This document shows positions 1 through 11,812 of a stretch of 64,000 nt of DNA, piece by piece (the first letter of the stretch is position 1; every line of letters begins with the position of its first letter). The notes beneath the pieces are model-generated. The model was not told the origin of the DNA, did no database searches, and saw only the letters and a list, made by a program, of their open reading frames with translations. A program made the translations under genes and the position numbers. The DNA is from Rhizodiscina lignyota (taxonomy: Eukaryota), in the NCBI GenBank assembly GCA_010015805.1, contig ML978125.1:1612001-1676000 (forward strand). Direction: 5' to 3'.

Positions 1-1871
1 CCTCGTAATGGCAATTGACCAACCTTGTCAAGCGCAGCATCACCTTCCTCCTCCTCTTCCGGCGTGTCGACGCCATTTACACCGTTCAGCTCCTTCAACC
101 TCCGTCTTTCTCTCTTCCGCCGCTCTGCATCATGAACCGCCTTCCGCTCCTTCTCTTGCTTGTCCTGAATGACGGATGACATCGCGGCTGCGGCACCCAA
201 GAAATTGGGATGATTGGTATTGATGTAGGCTCTTTGAATGGAAATGAGACTCTCCACGTAGGTACTGCAAGGGCCCAGTCGTTCTCTCAGAAGGTCAGAG
301 ACGACCTCTATTAGCTTACCCTGTAGGCGGGGATATCGTGACAGTTCGGTAGAGCCACAGGTGTGACAAATTTTGATCAACTCCTCATATACGAGCTCTA
401 CGCATCGTTGTGATGGAATTTCCAGAAGTTTGATTTGCGGTTTTACTAGTAGGTCGAAGGCCATTTCGGGAACGAAAAGGCTGGGTCGAGGGCCAGTGGA
501 GTTTCGGATAGCTGTTCGAATGTCGAGAACGGAAAGGTTGTGGGTAGGGTCAATCGTTTCCAGAGAGTTACCGAAGACGCTGTTGAAGATGTAGTATATC
601 CTCGCACCTCCACAAAGTTCTTTCGTGGAGATTTCGGAGCTTGTCCCGTCTATGGATGAGATGAATGACGATGCGAACCGCGTCATGAGTTGCAGGATAA
701 GGCTCCCACGGTGTTCCTTGCCTGTGAATGCAGTATCTCCGTAGCTTGCTAGCTCTTGCTGAGTCTGGCCCATGAGCGTATTCAACCTCGCTTTGATATC
801 GGGAAGCCGGTCGCGAATGTGATTCATGAGAGTGGTATTCAGTGTCTTAGCAAGAAATTGCGTTCCACACCGAGGGGCCATATTCCGATACGCCGGGTGA
901 TGTCTGAAGAAGTCTCGCTCTGCTTGCAGAGCTTCTGCCATATTCTTATTTACCTGAATGTCCTGCTGGCTTCGATTGACGACCCCAATGAACCCAAGCT
1001 TCAGAGGATACACTCTTCCGCTTAAGATGTCCAGTGCATTTGTTCCATGATCCATCAAGTCCAACTTTGTCAGAACGCCAATCGTTCGCTTCCCCATCGG
1101 ATCGACGTGCCGCGCCAATTTCAGCGCCTCGCTGTTGACAATATCGACATTTGCAGGGGACACAGCGAGAATGATACTGTTCGGTTTGGCAATATACTCG
1201 GAGATGAGAGTCCGGGTCTGCTTTTCAATGTCGCCAGGCTGGTCTCCAATGGGTACCTGTGCTAATTCAGTCACTGAAGGCCAGTAATTTTGCTCGTCCC
1301 ATCATACCTTTGTTAGGCCAGGCAAGTCAACCAAAGTGAGCGATAGAACATGAGGAGAGTATATCTTCAAATTTATCGGCTGCCGATTGATGCCTTTGTT
1401 GTTCCCTGCAATGCGCGCCGTCTCGTTCTCAATCTCCTGTTTAACTTCTTGAAAGTCGTAGAATCGTCTGCCGGGTATATGGTGAAATTCTGCCCACTCT
1501 CCTTGGGCAGCGACAGAAGCTGGGGTATGAGGCACATGAACATCATCGCCACCCGGTTTATCCTCTCTTTCGCTTGGTACGTTGATCAGTTGGAGAATCA
1601 AGGGTCGACGGGTAACGATCCCAGAGCCACGAGGAAGAAAATCGCGACCGACGATATTCTCTAAGACAGATGATTTTCCGGAAGATTGTGATCCTACAAC
1701 AACCTGAGCAACAAGTCAGTATCTAGGGAAGTTGTTCATCGAGAGAACGGCTAGGTTGGGAGCGGGGCATACGATTTGAGGAAGGTCCAGGGAGTCATTG
1801 CCAATGGTGTTGAAGACGAGATCCTGGAGTTTGTTGACTGTCCCCAAGAGGTCCTCCCCTAGTGCGGCCAT
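1..1871 (-). CDS. DNM1: Dynamin-related GTPase Dnm1 (mitochondrial/peroxisomal fission); 3' end lies beyond the left edge
   Basis: Exon 1 (1871-1773) reads [33 protein letters not shown]. Introns at 1772-1704 and 1307-1257. Dynamin GTPase motifs [42 protein letters not shown] and TKLDLMD, followed by a middle domain. Confidence 0.93.
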
Positions 1872-3581
1872 TGGGAGAAGTGGTAGAAGATGTAGACGTC
1901 GGATGCGGAAAAGTTCGTCTCAACTCCCGAGGGAGCGAAAACAGGGTAAACAGAATTCGAGGGAGGCAATGAAGATGCGAAGCGTTGATGAAGCGACGGG
2001 ATGTTCTCCACTTGAATCTTCAGCCAGTCGCCCGGTATGATGTGTGTGAGAAGCCGCTGTGTCTTCGTGATGTGAGTCGCGCGGCCTGTTTCGAGCTTGT
2101 GATACTGCGTAGTGACGAGCTGTTGTTTGGCAAGGCCCTTGTCCAGGCTAGGCCCCAATCGGATTAGAGCACACCCGACCGTGCCCTTTAACGCGTCGCG
2201 CAGCATCATGGCATGAATCTTCACTTTCGCCTCCCTGAATCGTTTCATTGAATGACTCCAAGCATGAACCCCGAAAACGCGTTTCCCTCTTAAACGGAGC
2301 GCACTGACACCTGTCGTTGGTCTTGGCGTGTTCTTCACTTGCGTAATAGCTCAGGTGGTGTCTAATGGAGTCATTGAAAGTAGTACCGCAGTCATCCGAG
2401 TCAATTATCAGACAGCCACAATCCAAGGAACTCTCCCAACTTAACTGCTTTCCACTGCCAGTGTTAGCCATAAAACGCTCGCATGTCTAATCAGTACTGA
2501 GTCTTCTGTAATACAAAAGAGGGATTTGGCACACAAGATTTGACATCTCCTTTCTTCGCTACTGTTCTTCTCTTCCATTCACTTCTAATCCTGTTCCCCT
2601 TCATAATCTTTTCTATTTCTACGGAATAACATACCGTTTTCCTCCTGATAGCTCCAGCAACAGCTCCACTCGTCCTGCCACAAGGCAGAAAGCCATGTCT
2701 ACAACTGCTCTGTCAATAGCGCATGGCATCGCATCGTAGCGATGTTCCAGCGCCGGCTGGGCCGACGAGTGAGCATAGAGTTGGATGTTAACCTTGGCTC
2801 AGCCACGTCAGAAGGCAAGGACCAAGGTGGAGGTATAGTTCGCTCCAAGGCAAGTTGGAACGTCGACATTTGCGGGCCTCTCAAGAATATAATGGATACT
2901 CCGTACAATCGCTATAAAATATCCTCATGATCAGACGTCTGGTAATATTAACATGGGGCAACTTGTAAATAGTCGATAGAAAATTACGCGTTAGACCTTT
3001 AATGATGAAATAATTCTCAGCTTAGCGCCAAGCTCCATCCTCTGAAAGTGAGCATTAGAGGGAGGTCAGACTTGATATCCAATGATAAGTATATACGTGT
3101 AAAATGCATGCGATAAACCGTAGGATTTAAGGTTTGTTTTACCATCTAGTTTTCAATGCTAGTGCCTAAATTGTATTATCACTCTGGATAAAGTCTGATC
3201 TGGCGTCGGCGCTTCGTAGGTTTTCTCATGGATAGAATGGCCAACCTACCTGACATCAAAACGGCAAGTGTTGTAACAGGCCAATCTCAAGCTCTTAGGT
3301 TCAAATTAAAGCCTCCAATGCATGGCACTACGGGCGCAGATATCTGCATCCTTGCCCCTGTGTCGTTAGTATGACGTTGGTGCTTGCGCACGCGACAGCA
3401 GTGCGGGGGAGAGCTGCAACTTCGAGCTTCAATCGCCATACAGTTGCATGGAATTTATATGATTGCCATGCAGCATTGGGATTTTTAATTTAATCAAACT
3501 TCTCGGATCTTATGTGCTCCTTGAACCTTTAGCCAGGAAAGACGTTTATCTCCAATTCGTTAAACGCGTCAATTCTGCAAA

Positions 3582-4458
3582 ATGGCTTCAAATATACTCA
3601 ATTTTCTCTGTCAAATCCTATTGCTCATCCAAGTCACCTCCTCCTTCCCGACCGAGCAACAAGTCTTTGAAGGTGATGGAAGCATACATGCAGATAACAT
3701 TCTCAAAGTCCGAGCAGAGTACGTCGTTTCGTAATGCCGATGCCTTCATCAGACTTACACATAACAGGCTACAAAAAGCGGAAATCATCCCAACAGGTGC
3801 GGAGGCTGGAACAGGCCCATATCAACCAAAGATTGAGTTGATTCTAATATCTGGCTATTTCAGTAATCAATGACTTCATCCCTTCCATGACCCTCAACAT
3901 CGCCTGGCCCTGGAAAGACAGCTCACACTACAATATCACTTCCGAGCTCGGCAACACGATCAAGCCGTCCCGGCTCCAACGGTCGCCAAACGTATTAGTC
4001 GATGACGATCCAACCAGCACCTCTCTCACAAAAGGCCTGACCTTCGTACTCACCCTCACAGACCCAGACGCTCCATCTCGTGACGACCCCAAGTGGAGTG
4101 AGATGTGCCACTGGATCGTTGCGGCCCGTGGACCCAAGGACGTTACGGAGGTCGTCGAATACAAGCCGCCTGGACCGCCGCCCAAGACTGGCAAGCATCG
4201 ATATGTGTTTCTGGCGTGGTTACCAGCGAATCGGACGACGGAGGGTTTGCACCTGGTGAAGCCGAAGGACAGGCAGCATTGGGGGTATGATCCTGATGTT
4301 GATGGCTTTGCAGGCAGGGTTGGAGTTAGGAAATGGGCTAGCGAGATGGGCCTGATGCCCATCGGTAAGTAGTTGCTATTGGGCGCGACCTGTGATGTGA
4401 AGATGTTAACAGTTCTACAGCGGCAAATTTCATTTACGCTCAGAACAAAGAGCAGTGA
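3582..4458 (+). CDS. PEBP (phosphatidylethanolamine-binding / carboxypeptidase Y inhibitor-like) protein with predicted signal peptide
   Basis: PEBP signature TLTDPDAPSRDDPKWSEMCHW and EYKPPGPPPKTGKHRYVF. Four-exon model with introns starting ~3719, ~3797 and ~4365. N-terminus MASNILNFLCQILLLIQVTSS is hydrophobic. Confidence 0.88.
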
Positions 4459-4639
4459 GAATCGAACTATGGTGACCGAATGGCAGTCAGGGCAAGGTTG
4501 GCCAAAGGATGTTACAAACTGATGCCGAAAAGTATAATTTACCGTCCGATTTTGGGTTGGGCGCAAATCATGGCGACACTGTACTTGTACAAATATACGT
4601 CGGAGCAAGAGGAGCTTTGAATACCGAAAGTTCTTCATT

Positions 4640-7447
4640 TTAATCGTCAATAATATCATCGTCACTGAGTATCAAATGTGGTTCCTGTCCGTTCCCACCT
4701 TTAGCTCCTTCTACAACAGATGCAACAAAGTCCTGATCTTTCCTTTTGGCTCGGTGCGCGAGCGTCACCCTCTGCCCAAATGTAACATCATCTTCTTTCT
4801 CATCTTCATCGTCCGATGCATCGTCGGCCTGTACCCCAAACCCGCTCATACGAGTTACTTGCTCAATTTGCTTGAGTACGTCAGATTGTGGCTTACCCGT
4901 AGTAGACGAGCGATGCATCAAGGAGATGTAAGGCAACTGCTCGAGAAGCATCTCTCGCTTTGCAGAAGAGCCGCCCATGAGAAGCATTGCAGCGGTATCG
5001 CCATCATTGTCATTGCCAATGATGCTGGATGATGTAGGTCTTGGTGCAGTGCTTGGTGGAGTCATAAATTTGGCTTTATTGCGCTTCCAGGGGTCCACCG
5101 CAGTCGGCTTCGCCATGGCGATTGTACGGCTTCCAGATAGCACGTTCCGCAACTCTCCCTTCTGAGCCTTGTCGATTATCACTGTGAGTAGACTCTCGAT
5201 CTCTTCTTTTCGCTTCCACAGCTTGAGCGAGTTAGGAAACATCATTTTATACGCATCTCCTCTGCCACCAATCATGGATCCAGCAGATGGTCCTCGCCCA
5301 GTCGATGTTTGCAAAGCTGCAGGAGGAGCAACACGCTTGACAGGATGAGGTAAGCTGAAAAGCAGGCCCCTAACAGCTGTTTGGAAGCTGAGTTCCTCCT
5401 GGCGAAGGGTGTCCACACCTGTGCCTCTGAAAGCTCGGCGAAAGAGGCCCGAGGACCCAAGATTGTTGGACGAGAGCAAATCTGCATCAGACAAGGCGTC
5501 AATGCTGCCATTGATAGCATCGACTGTTTGTTCAGAGCCGGCAGACTGGCACGAGAGTACGTAGTTCTCGTGCAGAGCTGCAATGAAAGTTTGAATATCT
5601 GTTCCAAGCTCCTCTAGCAACGTCTCTGGATCAGTCTCCGGGACTTTGGAGCGTTGATTATGAGAGAAATACGATGGAGGCGGTGGTGGAGGAGTATCTG
5701 TTGCTGCTGGAACTTCGCGCTTATTGTAAACAACTTTTCCAATAGCATGGAAAATGCCCAGAGCATTTTCGCGTTGCGTTACCATCTCCAGCGAGCTCCT
5801 CTCCATACCCGTAAGCGCATCAGAGGTTGCATTCTTCTTGCCTTTCTGTGCCGTTGCAGCGACTCGCCCAGACCAGGAATTGGGGTCATCACCTCGAAGA
5901 CAGATAAATTCGAGAGCCGAGACGGCGCTACGCACATCACCAATCTCTGACAGGTGCTTAAGCACTGCTGGTCCGGGTGCACGTTTTCGCGATGATTCTC
6001 GAGCTTCCTTACGAATAACAAGCTCAAGTGCTTTCGTAAGATAGGTTGGTGCAACCGGATTAAACTCTATGACACTGACACCAGGATGGGTTAAGATTTC
6101 CGGTCCGAAGAGCCGTGTGGCTGTCAAATTATCGGCAGAAGAAGTGGAGTTATTGAAAAGACTTTCAGAAATTATAATCACAAGCGGAGCTGCCCCGGCC
6201 TTGTCGCGGTTTTGATAGAACAGTTCGCCCGCTGCTGGAGTATCTGCAGCAAGATATTGCATGAGAGTTGATCGAAAAGCTCGCAACGATGACGAAGAGT
6301 TCATTAGTACATTCGGTATCTCTTCGACAACCGTGATGTGTTTTCCATCAGATTTAGGTAAGGAAGGTTGTGGGGCTGCATATGCTGGTACGTTTGGATT
6401 GACGAGATCCAGAGCACCGTACTTCCCGGCACTCCCAATGAAATTGTCGAATTGTGAGGAAACCGAGACAAACCCTTCCGAAGAGTAATCGGAACCGGAT
6501 GGATTATGCCATTCGCGTATATCGACTCCCAAGAATTGGGCTAGGAGTTTGATGGCTGTAGTTTTGCCAGTCCCAGCGGACCCTTTAAGAACAAGTAAAC
6601 GCTTCCTGTCTCGACCCTCCAGGGCGTTAGACAACCAGTCACGGACGTCTGCCACCTTCTTCTTGTGCACTGCTATTTCATCCAGGTTGACGGGACCATA
6701 TTTGTCTACCCATGGTCTTGTATCTTTCTCTTGAGCGCCAACAGCAGGCTGTGAGCCAGCCAGTGCCGGTCGGCCATTTGAAGATTTCAGGAACTTTTGA
6801 CTACCGGACAGAAAGCCATTTGAAGCAAGCGAGTCGTCCTCTAGCTTCCTTTTCCGCAATGGTACGGCAAAGGACGAGATGTGTGCGTCTGCTCCTTCTG
6901 CAAGGTCTTCATCATCGAGTGAATCGTCCTGTATCAGGTCCTCATCATCCACTTTCGTTGTGTTCTTAGCCACCTTCTCCGGGCTAGCGCTATCTTGGGA
7001 CTTTTGCCGTTGTGTTTGTTTGTTGAAGAAGGAGTATATTGGCCGTGGAGGTTGTGACTTGGTGTTGTGCGTAGAGGTTGAACCTGCCTTTGACGGTCCT
7101 TTCGACCTCTTGGGAGATTGACTGCTAGAAGATAGTTTAGCGCTAGTCAATCGGGCAGAGGCTTTCGAAGGCTTTTTCTGCGGTTTCGCGGGTGAGGGTT
7201 CGGCGCTGGAGATTGCATCAAGAGAAGACGGCTGCCTATTCTCATCCTCATCGTCGGAGGACAGTTCCACAACTTGGGGCTTCGACCGCCTCTTCGGTGC
7301 GTGTGGTGCAGGTTTTCCAGTGTCGACCGCTTGTCCGGCGCGTCTAGTGGCGCGTGTGGAAGTCTTCGGTGCGGACTCTTCATCTTCGTCTGAGGTGGTG
7401 GCTGCGATGCGGGACAACGCTCCACGAGATCTGCCCATTATGCACAA
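4640..7447 (-). CDS. RAD17: Checkpoint clamp loader Rad17 (S. cerevisiae Rad24-like) AAA+ protein
   Basis: 935-aa ORF with PWVDKYGPVNLDEIAVHKKKV, Walker A GSAGTGKTT, IEFNPVAPT and FHAIGKVVYNKR. Start may be ATG 7438. Confidence 0.92.
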   Translation of the reverse strand: MCIMGRSRGALSRIAATTSDEDEESAPKTSTRATRRAGQAVDTGKPAPHAPKRRSKPQVVELSSDDEDENRQPSSLDAISSAEPSPAKPQKKPSKASARLTSAKLSSSSQSPKRSKGPSKAGSTSTHNTKSQPPRPIYSFFNKQTQRQKSQDSASPEKVAKNTTKVDDEDLIQDDSLDDEDLAEGADAHISSFAVPLRKRKLEDDSLASNGFLSGSQKFLKSSNGRPALAGSQPAVGAQEKDTRPWVDKYGPVNLDEIAVHKKKVADVRDWLSNALEGRDRKRLLVLKGSAGTGKTTAIKLLAQFLGVDIREWHNPSGSDYSSEGFVSVSSQFDNFIGSAGKYGALDLVNPNVPAYAAPQPSLPKSDGKHITVVEEIPNVLMNSSSSLRAFRSTLMQYLAADTPAAGELFYQNRDKAGAAPLVIIISESLFNNSTSSADNLTATRLFGPEILTHPGVSVIEFNPVAPTYLTKALELVIRKEARESSRKRAPGPAVLKHLSEIGDVRSAVSALEFICLRGDDPNSWSGRVAATAQKGKKNATSDALTGMERSSLEMVTQRENALGIFHAIGKVVYNKREVPAATDTPPPPPPSYFSHNQRSKVPETDPETLLEELGTDIQTFIAALHENYVLSCQSAGSEQTVDAINGSIDALSDADLLSSNNLGSSGLFRRAFRGTGVDTLRQEELSFQTAVRGLLFSLPHPVKRVAPPAALQTSTGRGPSAGSMIGGRGDAYKMMFPNSLKLWKRKEEIESLLTVIIDKAQKGELRNVLSGSRTIAMAKPTAVDPWKRNKAKFMTPPSTAPRPTSSSIIGNDNDGDTAAMLLMGGSSAKREMLLEQLPYISLMHRSSTTGKPQSDVLKQIEQVTRMSGFGVQADDASDDEDEKEDDVTFGQRVTLAHRAKRKDQDFVASVVEGAKGGNGQEPHLILSDDDIIDD

Positions 7448-8260
7448 CGGCAGTCAATGCGCCGTTAAATGGGAGCAATCGTGTCTTGCTCATTCTTGTA
7501 GTTCTTGAAAGCGTTTCAAGGTGTTGTGGAAATGGTCAGTGTGAAGGTCAAGCTTAAAATCGAGACCCGCCAAGCATCCATGAGGAGCTTTGGAGGCTTC
7601 GGAGTACGAAGGAGCTGCTTTACGGCGAGCGAACAGCCCGCAGAGCCACGCTATTAGAGTTATTTTCAGCACTCCCAAGAAGCTTTCCTGCATTAGTAAG
7701 TTTACATTCGATGTTGTAAGGGAATAGCCTACTAAGCCTGCCTTAGAAGATTTGTTTCTCGTTATCGCGGAATAGGGACCCCGTTGTATATCGTAGTGTA
7801 GCTGGGCAAGCAGCTTTTGCACTTCAAGGTAGACCAGACTATCTCTGAAAGCTGAGTTCTACCTTTTTTTTGGAGTATAGCCACTATTGAAAATTTTGTA
7901 TACTTTGTTGGAAATACAGGCCGAATATCTGTTCACTGTCTTGCAAGCTGAGGCCAACGTTTTTGCTCGCCTTATGTAAAGGAGAGATTGGTATAGAGTT
8001 TGCAAGGCTAGATTTGGCACCAACAGCAGTTCACAATACAATTTTTTCCCCCACTTTATCATGTTCTTCATATGGTAATACCATAAGTCTGCTCTAAACG
8101 CAGCAATTACCCAGAAAATGCAAATCGCCAGTCCCGTTCTATCCATACTACCTCAAATCCTGTTAACCACCTCAAAGTAAACTCCACTGAATAGCAAATC
8201 CGCAAGAAATTATTGATCTGCTAGCATTGCACTGCTCATTTCGATCCTTTGCCGAATCCC

Positions 8261-9761
8261 TCACTTCTTTTCCCAAGGATAGCAGTACTTGTAGAAGTCG
8301 AGGTAAGTAGGATATTCATCATCCCTGATCCGAGTCTTCGCGTTGAATTCCGGATCCCAAAGCAAACTTAGCGTTTCACGTGCTTTACTAAAGACGTGGA
8401 CAAGGCCGTGACATATCGTGTCTTCCTGCAATCGGTCTCGTGTGAACATGCCGACCTGGCCCGGATCGCTCTGAAAGATCCCCCTGACGTGGTTCTCATC
8501 GTAGACGCCCCTCGCGAGGTCATGAGAGAATGGCATGCTTATTCTGGTGTTAGGATCAAGGTAGTCCATGTTCTGTCTGTTTATGATCCGGTCTTGTAGC
8601 CAATTATGCCAGACGGAGTCGACACGCCAGTGAGCAAGTCGGTTGTTTCGGACGATCCAGCTCTCAGTCTCAATATTGAAAAGGTTGTTATGAGCTTCAG
8701 TAACCTTCATACCAATTTCATTTCGAGCCTTGTTTCTTATTGTGCGAAGAAGCTCAAGGGAATATTCAGGACTTTGGCAATACCGAAGCGGTACATTTCT
8801 TGCAAGACCGTAGTTTGCAGCGTGACGGAGAGCTTCCTCGAAAATCGCTCTTGATCGAAGCAAGCAGGCTATGCTGAGGAACACTTCCCCGTAAGAACAG
8901 ATGTACTTCCATATGCCATTCGAGGGCTCCAGTATCAATACTGTCAAGGGTCCAGATATGGAATGGAGGAAGCCAAGGACCGAGGCGCAACGGACCAACT
9001 CTGCGATGATGAGCGCCGGATGGGCCGAGTTGATAAGAGGACTTAGAACCGAACTAGAAGCGCAAAGTATGTATTAGCTAAATTCAGAGCTATTTGCAAG
9101 AGTATCGCAGTTGTGTTCTCTTTCCTCGATGCATTAATCTAAACTAGTGTAAGGGTTTGCAACCTTCGTTTAACTTTAGCACCAAGAGCATGCCGGGAGT
9201 GTGGCCAGCGTGCGTTCAGACATTCCCAGGGCTCAGTGGGAAGGCAACAAGATGAATAAAATAAGTATCACAAAGTTCTTACCAACAATCTTGCTGGTAG
9301 AGGAGCGCGAATGCGAGCTTATAGCCCAACAACACTTCTCTGTAATTCTCCTTCGCAAAGTCGAGATCCACTGGGGAATCATGTGGGGGCCTGCATCGAT
9401 GTGCAGGATCGGTTTCGAGCGTCTATCAAGTGCACGTCAGCTCGACATCGTGGTCACTAGACTACGATCATACCTTGCCAATCAGCATTCCACAGTCCCC
9501 TCCAATGCCTTTGTCGAAAGTCTTATCACTAAACTCCCATTCATACCGTACCAGTGGTATCTGCACGTTACCACAGGTCTTCGTCCCGACGATCTTGTTC
9601 TGGATCCAGGGCTCGCTTAGGCTTGCTCGAAAGAACTCGGAGGATAGCTTAAGAATGGCACTATGGAGTACCAGCATGTCTTCTGGTCGAGCAGAAAGTG
9701 AGATGATGACGTCGCCATCCTCGTAGCAAGGAAATTTGTTCTCTGTTGTTGAACGCATCAT
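8261..9761 (-). CDS. Hypothetical protein with N-terminal BTB/POZ-like domain
   Basis: GDVIISLSARPEDMLVLHSAILKLSSEFFRASLSEPW resembles the fungal BTB start. Introns ~9473-9423 and ~9282-9054 join three exons in frame into the 245-aa ORF. Confidence 0.65.
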
Positions 9762-10352
9762 GGTCGATGTGCAAATAACGAAGTCCTGCCTTCGAATGTA
9801 ATCCAATAGCCTTTGTTAACTCCCGTGTGGCAGTCGAAACGTTGGAGTGGATGGAGGTTGATTGTATAAGTAGAGCTTCTGCTTGACTGAAGTAATGTTA
9901 TATTAAAGAGCAGTGTTAACGTAACAAGCTCAACAGTTACTCACCTGTGTAACTCTGGAGCTCCAGTGATGTTGATAGCCCTCGGAGAATAAGATCGCCT
10001 GGGTTTAATCATGCGATGTGTAGTGTTGAATGAAAAAAGAGTTCAGTGTTGAGTCGAGGAAGAGTGTGGGCGCCGGAGGCAGCAATTGCCCCGCTCTGCT
10101 GCGAGTGAAAGGAGACTGAAGCGGCCGAACCTAATACAGATATATGAGGCCTGGTGCTGAAGAGTTGGGGGCCCTGAGAATTAGCAACGTTATATGAACT
10201 CAAGAGGGCATTCACGAGTATGAAAAAGTAAAGACTGTTCGAGTTAGAGATGAGATTCCACTCTGGAGAAATCCATTAAGTGTGAAATAAGTCGTTTTGC
10301 TGCGTTTGACTCTTGCGGTAATGCATTAAAGCAAGACTCAAAGTGCATGCAT

Positions 10353-11114
10353 CTATCCCGCTCCTTTCTTCTTTTTGTCCTCTATGCACTCTACATTGTC
10401 TTCTGGGACGACATCACCATAAGTATCAAGTACCCAATCGAAGATGTCATCGCTCAGATCGCCCTGCACAGTGATCTCCTCACCACCGCTCGGGATCTTT
10501 GTCACGCTCGCTCCTGTTGCAAACTTCTTCCCCATGTCTTTCGCAACCTTCTTCAGCTCCAAACCGTGGGCCTCCAAACCACTCACAGCCGTAACGTACT
10601 TCCTCTTGTTCCGCTCTATTCGCTTGATGTACACCATAGCCGAGGCCTTCCTCTCCTGCTCCTTCGCTTCTTGTGTGGCGGCTTTCGCGGCTTTCTTCTG
10701 GGCGTCCTTTTCGGCGCGCTTCTGCGCATCAACGGAGAGGGATGCCATATTGGCTTCTAGAACTTCTGTGATGGCAACAGTCGTCAGTTGACTTCTCTGA
10801 GTGGGAGGAGGATAGACTGGCGGACCTGCTGAGTACAACTTCGCATGCATATCTGGATGATGTTGTTGGAGCCATTCTTCGCATTTCTTAGTTGTGCCGC
10901 CAAATTCACAATACTGAAGATCATGTCAGTCTCAGTCCCATGGCAGAGCTCACAGACGCGTGTCCTACCTACTTCTGGCGGTAATGTGCAGACTTCGGAT
11001 GTTAGCCCATACCGTCCATAGAAAAATTAGAGGGATAAACTTACCTCCACAGTATACCACGTTCCTCACCATCAGCCCTGAGGAACCGGCATCAGCCGTC
11101 TCAGTTTCTGCCAT
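10353..11114 (-). CDS. TMA22: Translation machinery-associated protein 22 (DENR/Tma22, SUI1 domain)
   Basis: VVYCG|VCTLPPE|YCEFGG across two introns with a 20-nt microexon. C-terminal IKRIERNKRKYVTAVSGLE...KKFATGASVTK...EITVQGD. Confidence 0.93.
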
Positions 11115-11812
11115 AATGATGTCGACACGAAACACTTGCGCTGTGTCTGTTGATGCTCTTTGATGAAGTGGAGTGGTTCTAGCATGAATCATGAAGCTCC
11201 GGTTAGATCCACTAGGTAGAAAACGGTTTAGCGTATAAGCTGATATCAAACGAACACTCAGTTGCATGTGCCATGGAGAGTGATAAAGTCGAATAGGTGG
11301 GGCATGAACCTAAGCGAGAGCATTGCTGAAGGCTTGATTCAACATGCTTTAGATGGTATCTGCTAAAATTGACAGCCTCGCTAAACATAATCTAGATTAA
11401 CTGAAAGGGATATGTAGTCTAGTAGTACGGTATATTCTACCATTCGACCTTTTTCTCCTCGTCTCCCTGCACAGAAGTGACGCAAGACACCTTGGGATCC
11501 CTTTCAGTCTCAGTACTAAGACTATTGAGCATTGTTGGCAAGAACTTCTCCCGAACCATAGACTCCCCGCCAAGTCTAGGCCTCAGCCATGGTTGCAACC
11601 TAAGTGTCAAGGAGGAAAAACTGTGATCATCTTACATTCTCCTTTCAAACGATCAACTCATTCTCAATTTTCTTTTCAAACCGTGGTCTCAAAAGACTTT
11701 GCTCCGTAGGGTTGTTGCCAAGGAGACCAACTCGTTCGTCTCAATCAAAACACATCTTTAACTGACAAACTCCTCTTCACTCTTATGAGGCTCGCGGACG
11801 CAATTGCCAAGG

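Noticed and set aside
2695..2930. Small gene after a CT-rich tract between DNM1 and PEBP
   Set aside because: The good-context ATG closes after 14 codons and the 62-aa ORF has no recognisable features.
7780..8250. RIP-mutated transposon relic in an AT-richer stretch (also 2940-3300)
   Set aside because: No terminal repeats, target duplications or transposase/RT motifs seen; RIP indices cannot be computed here.
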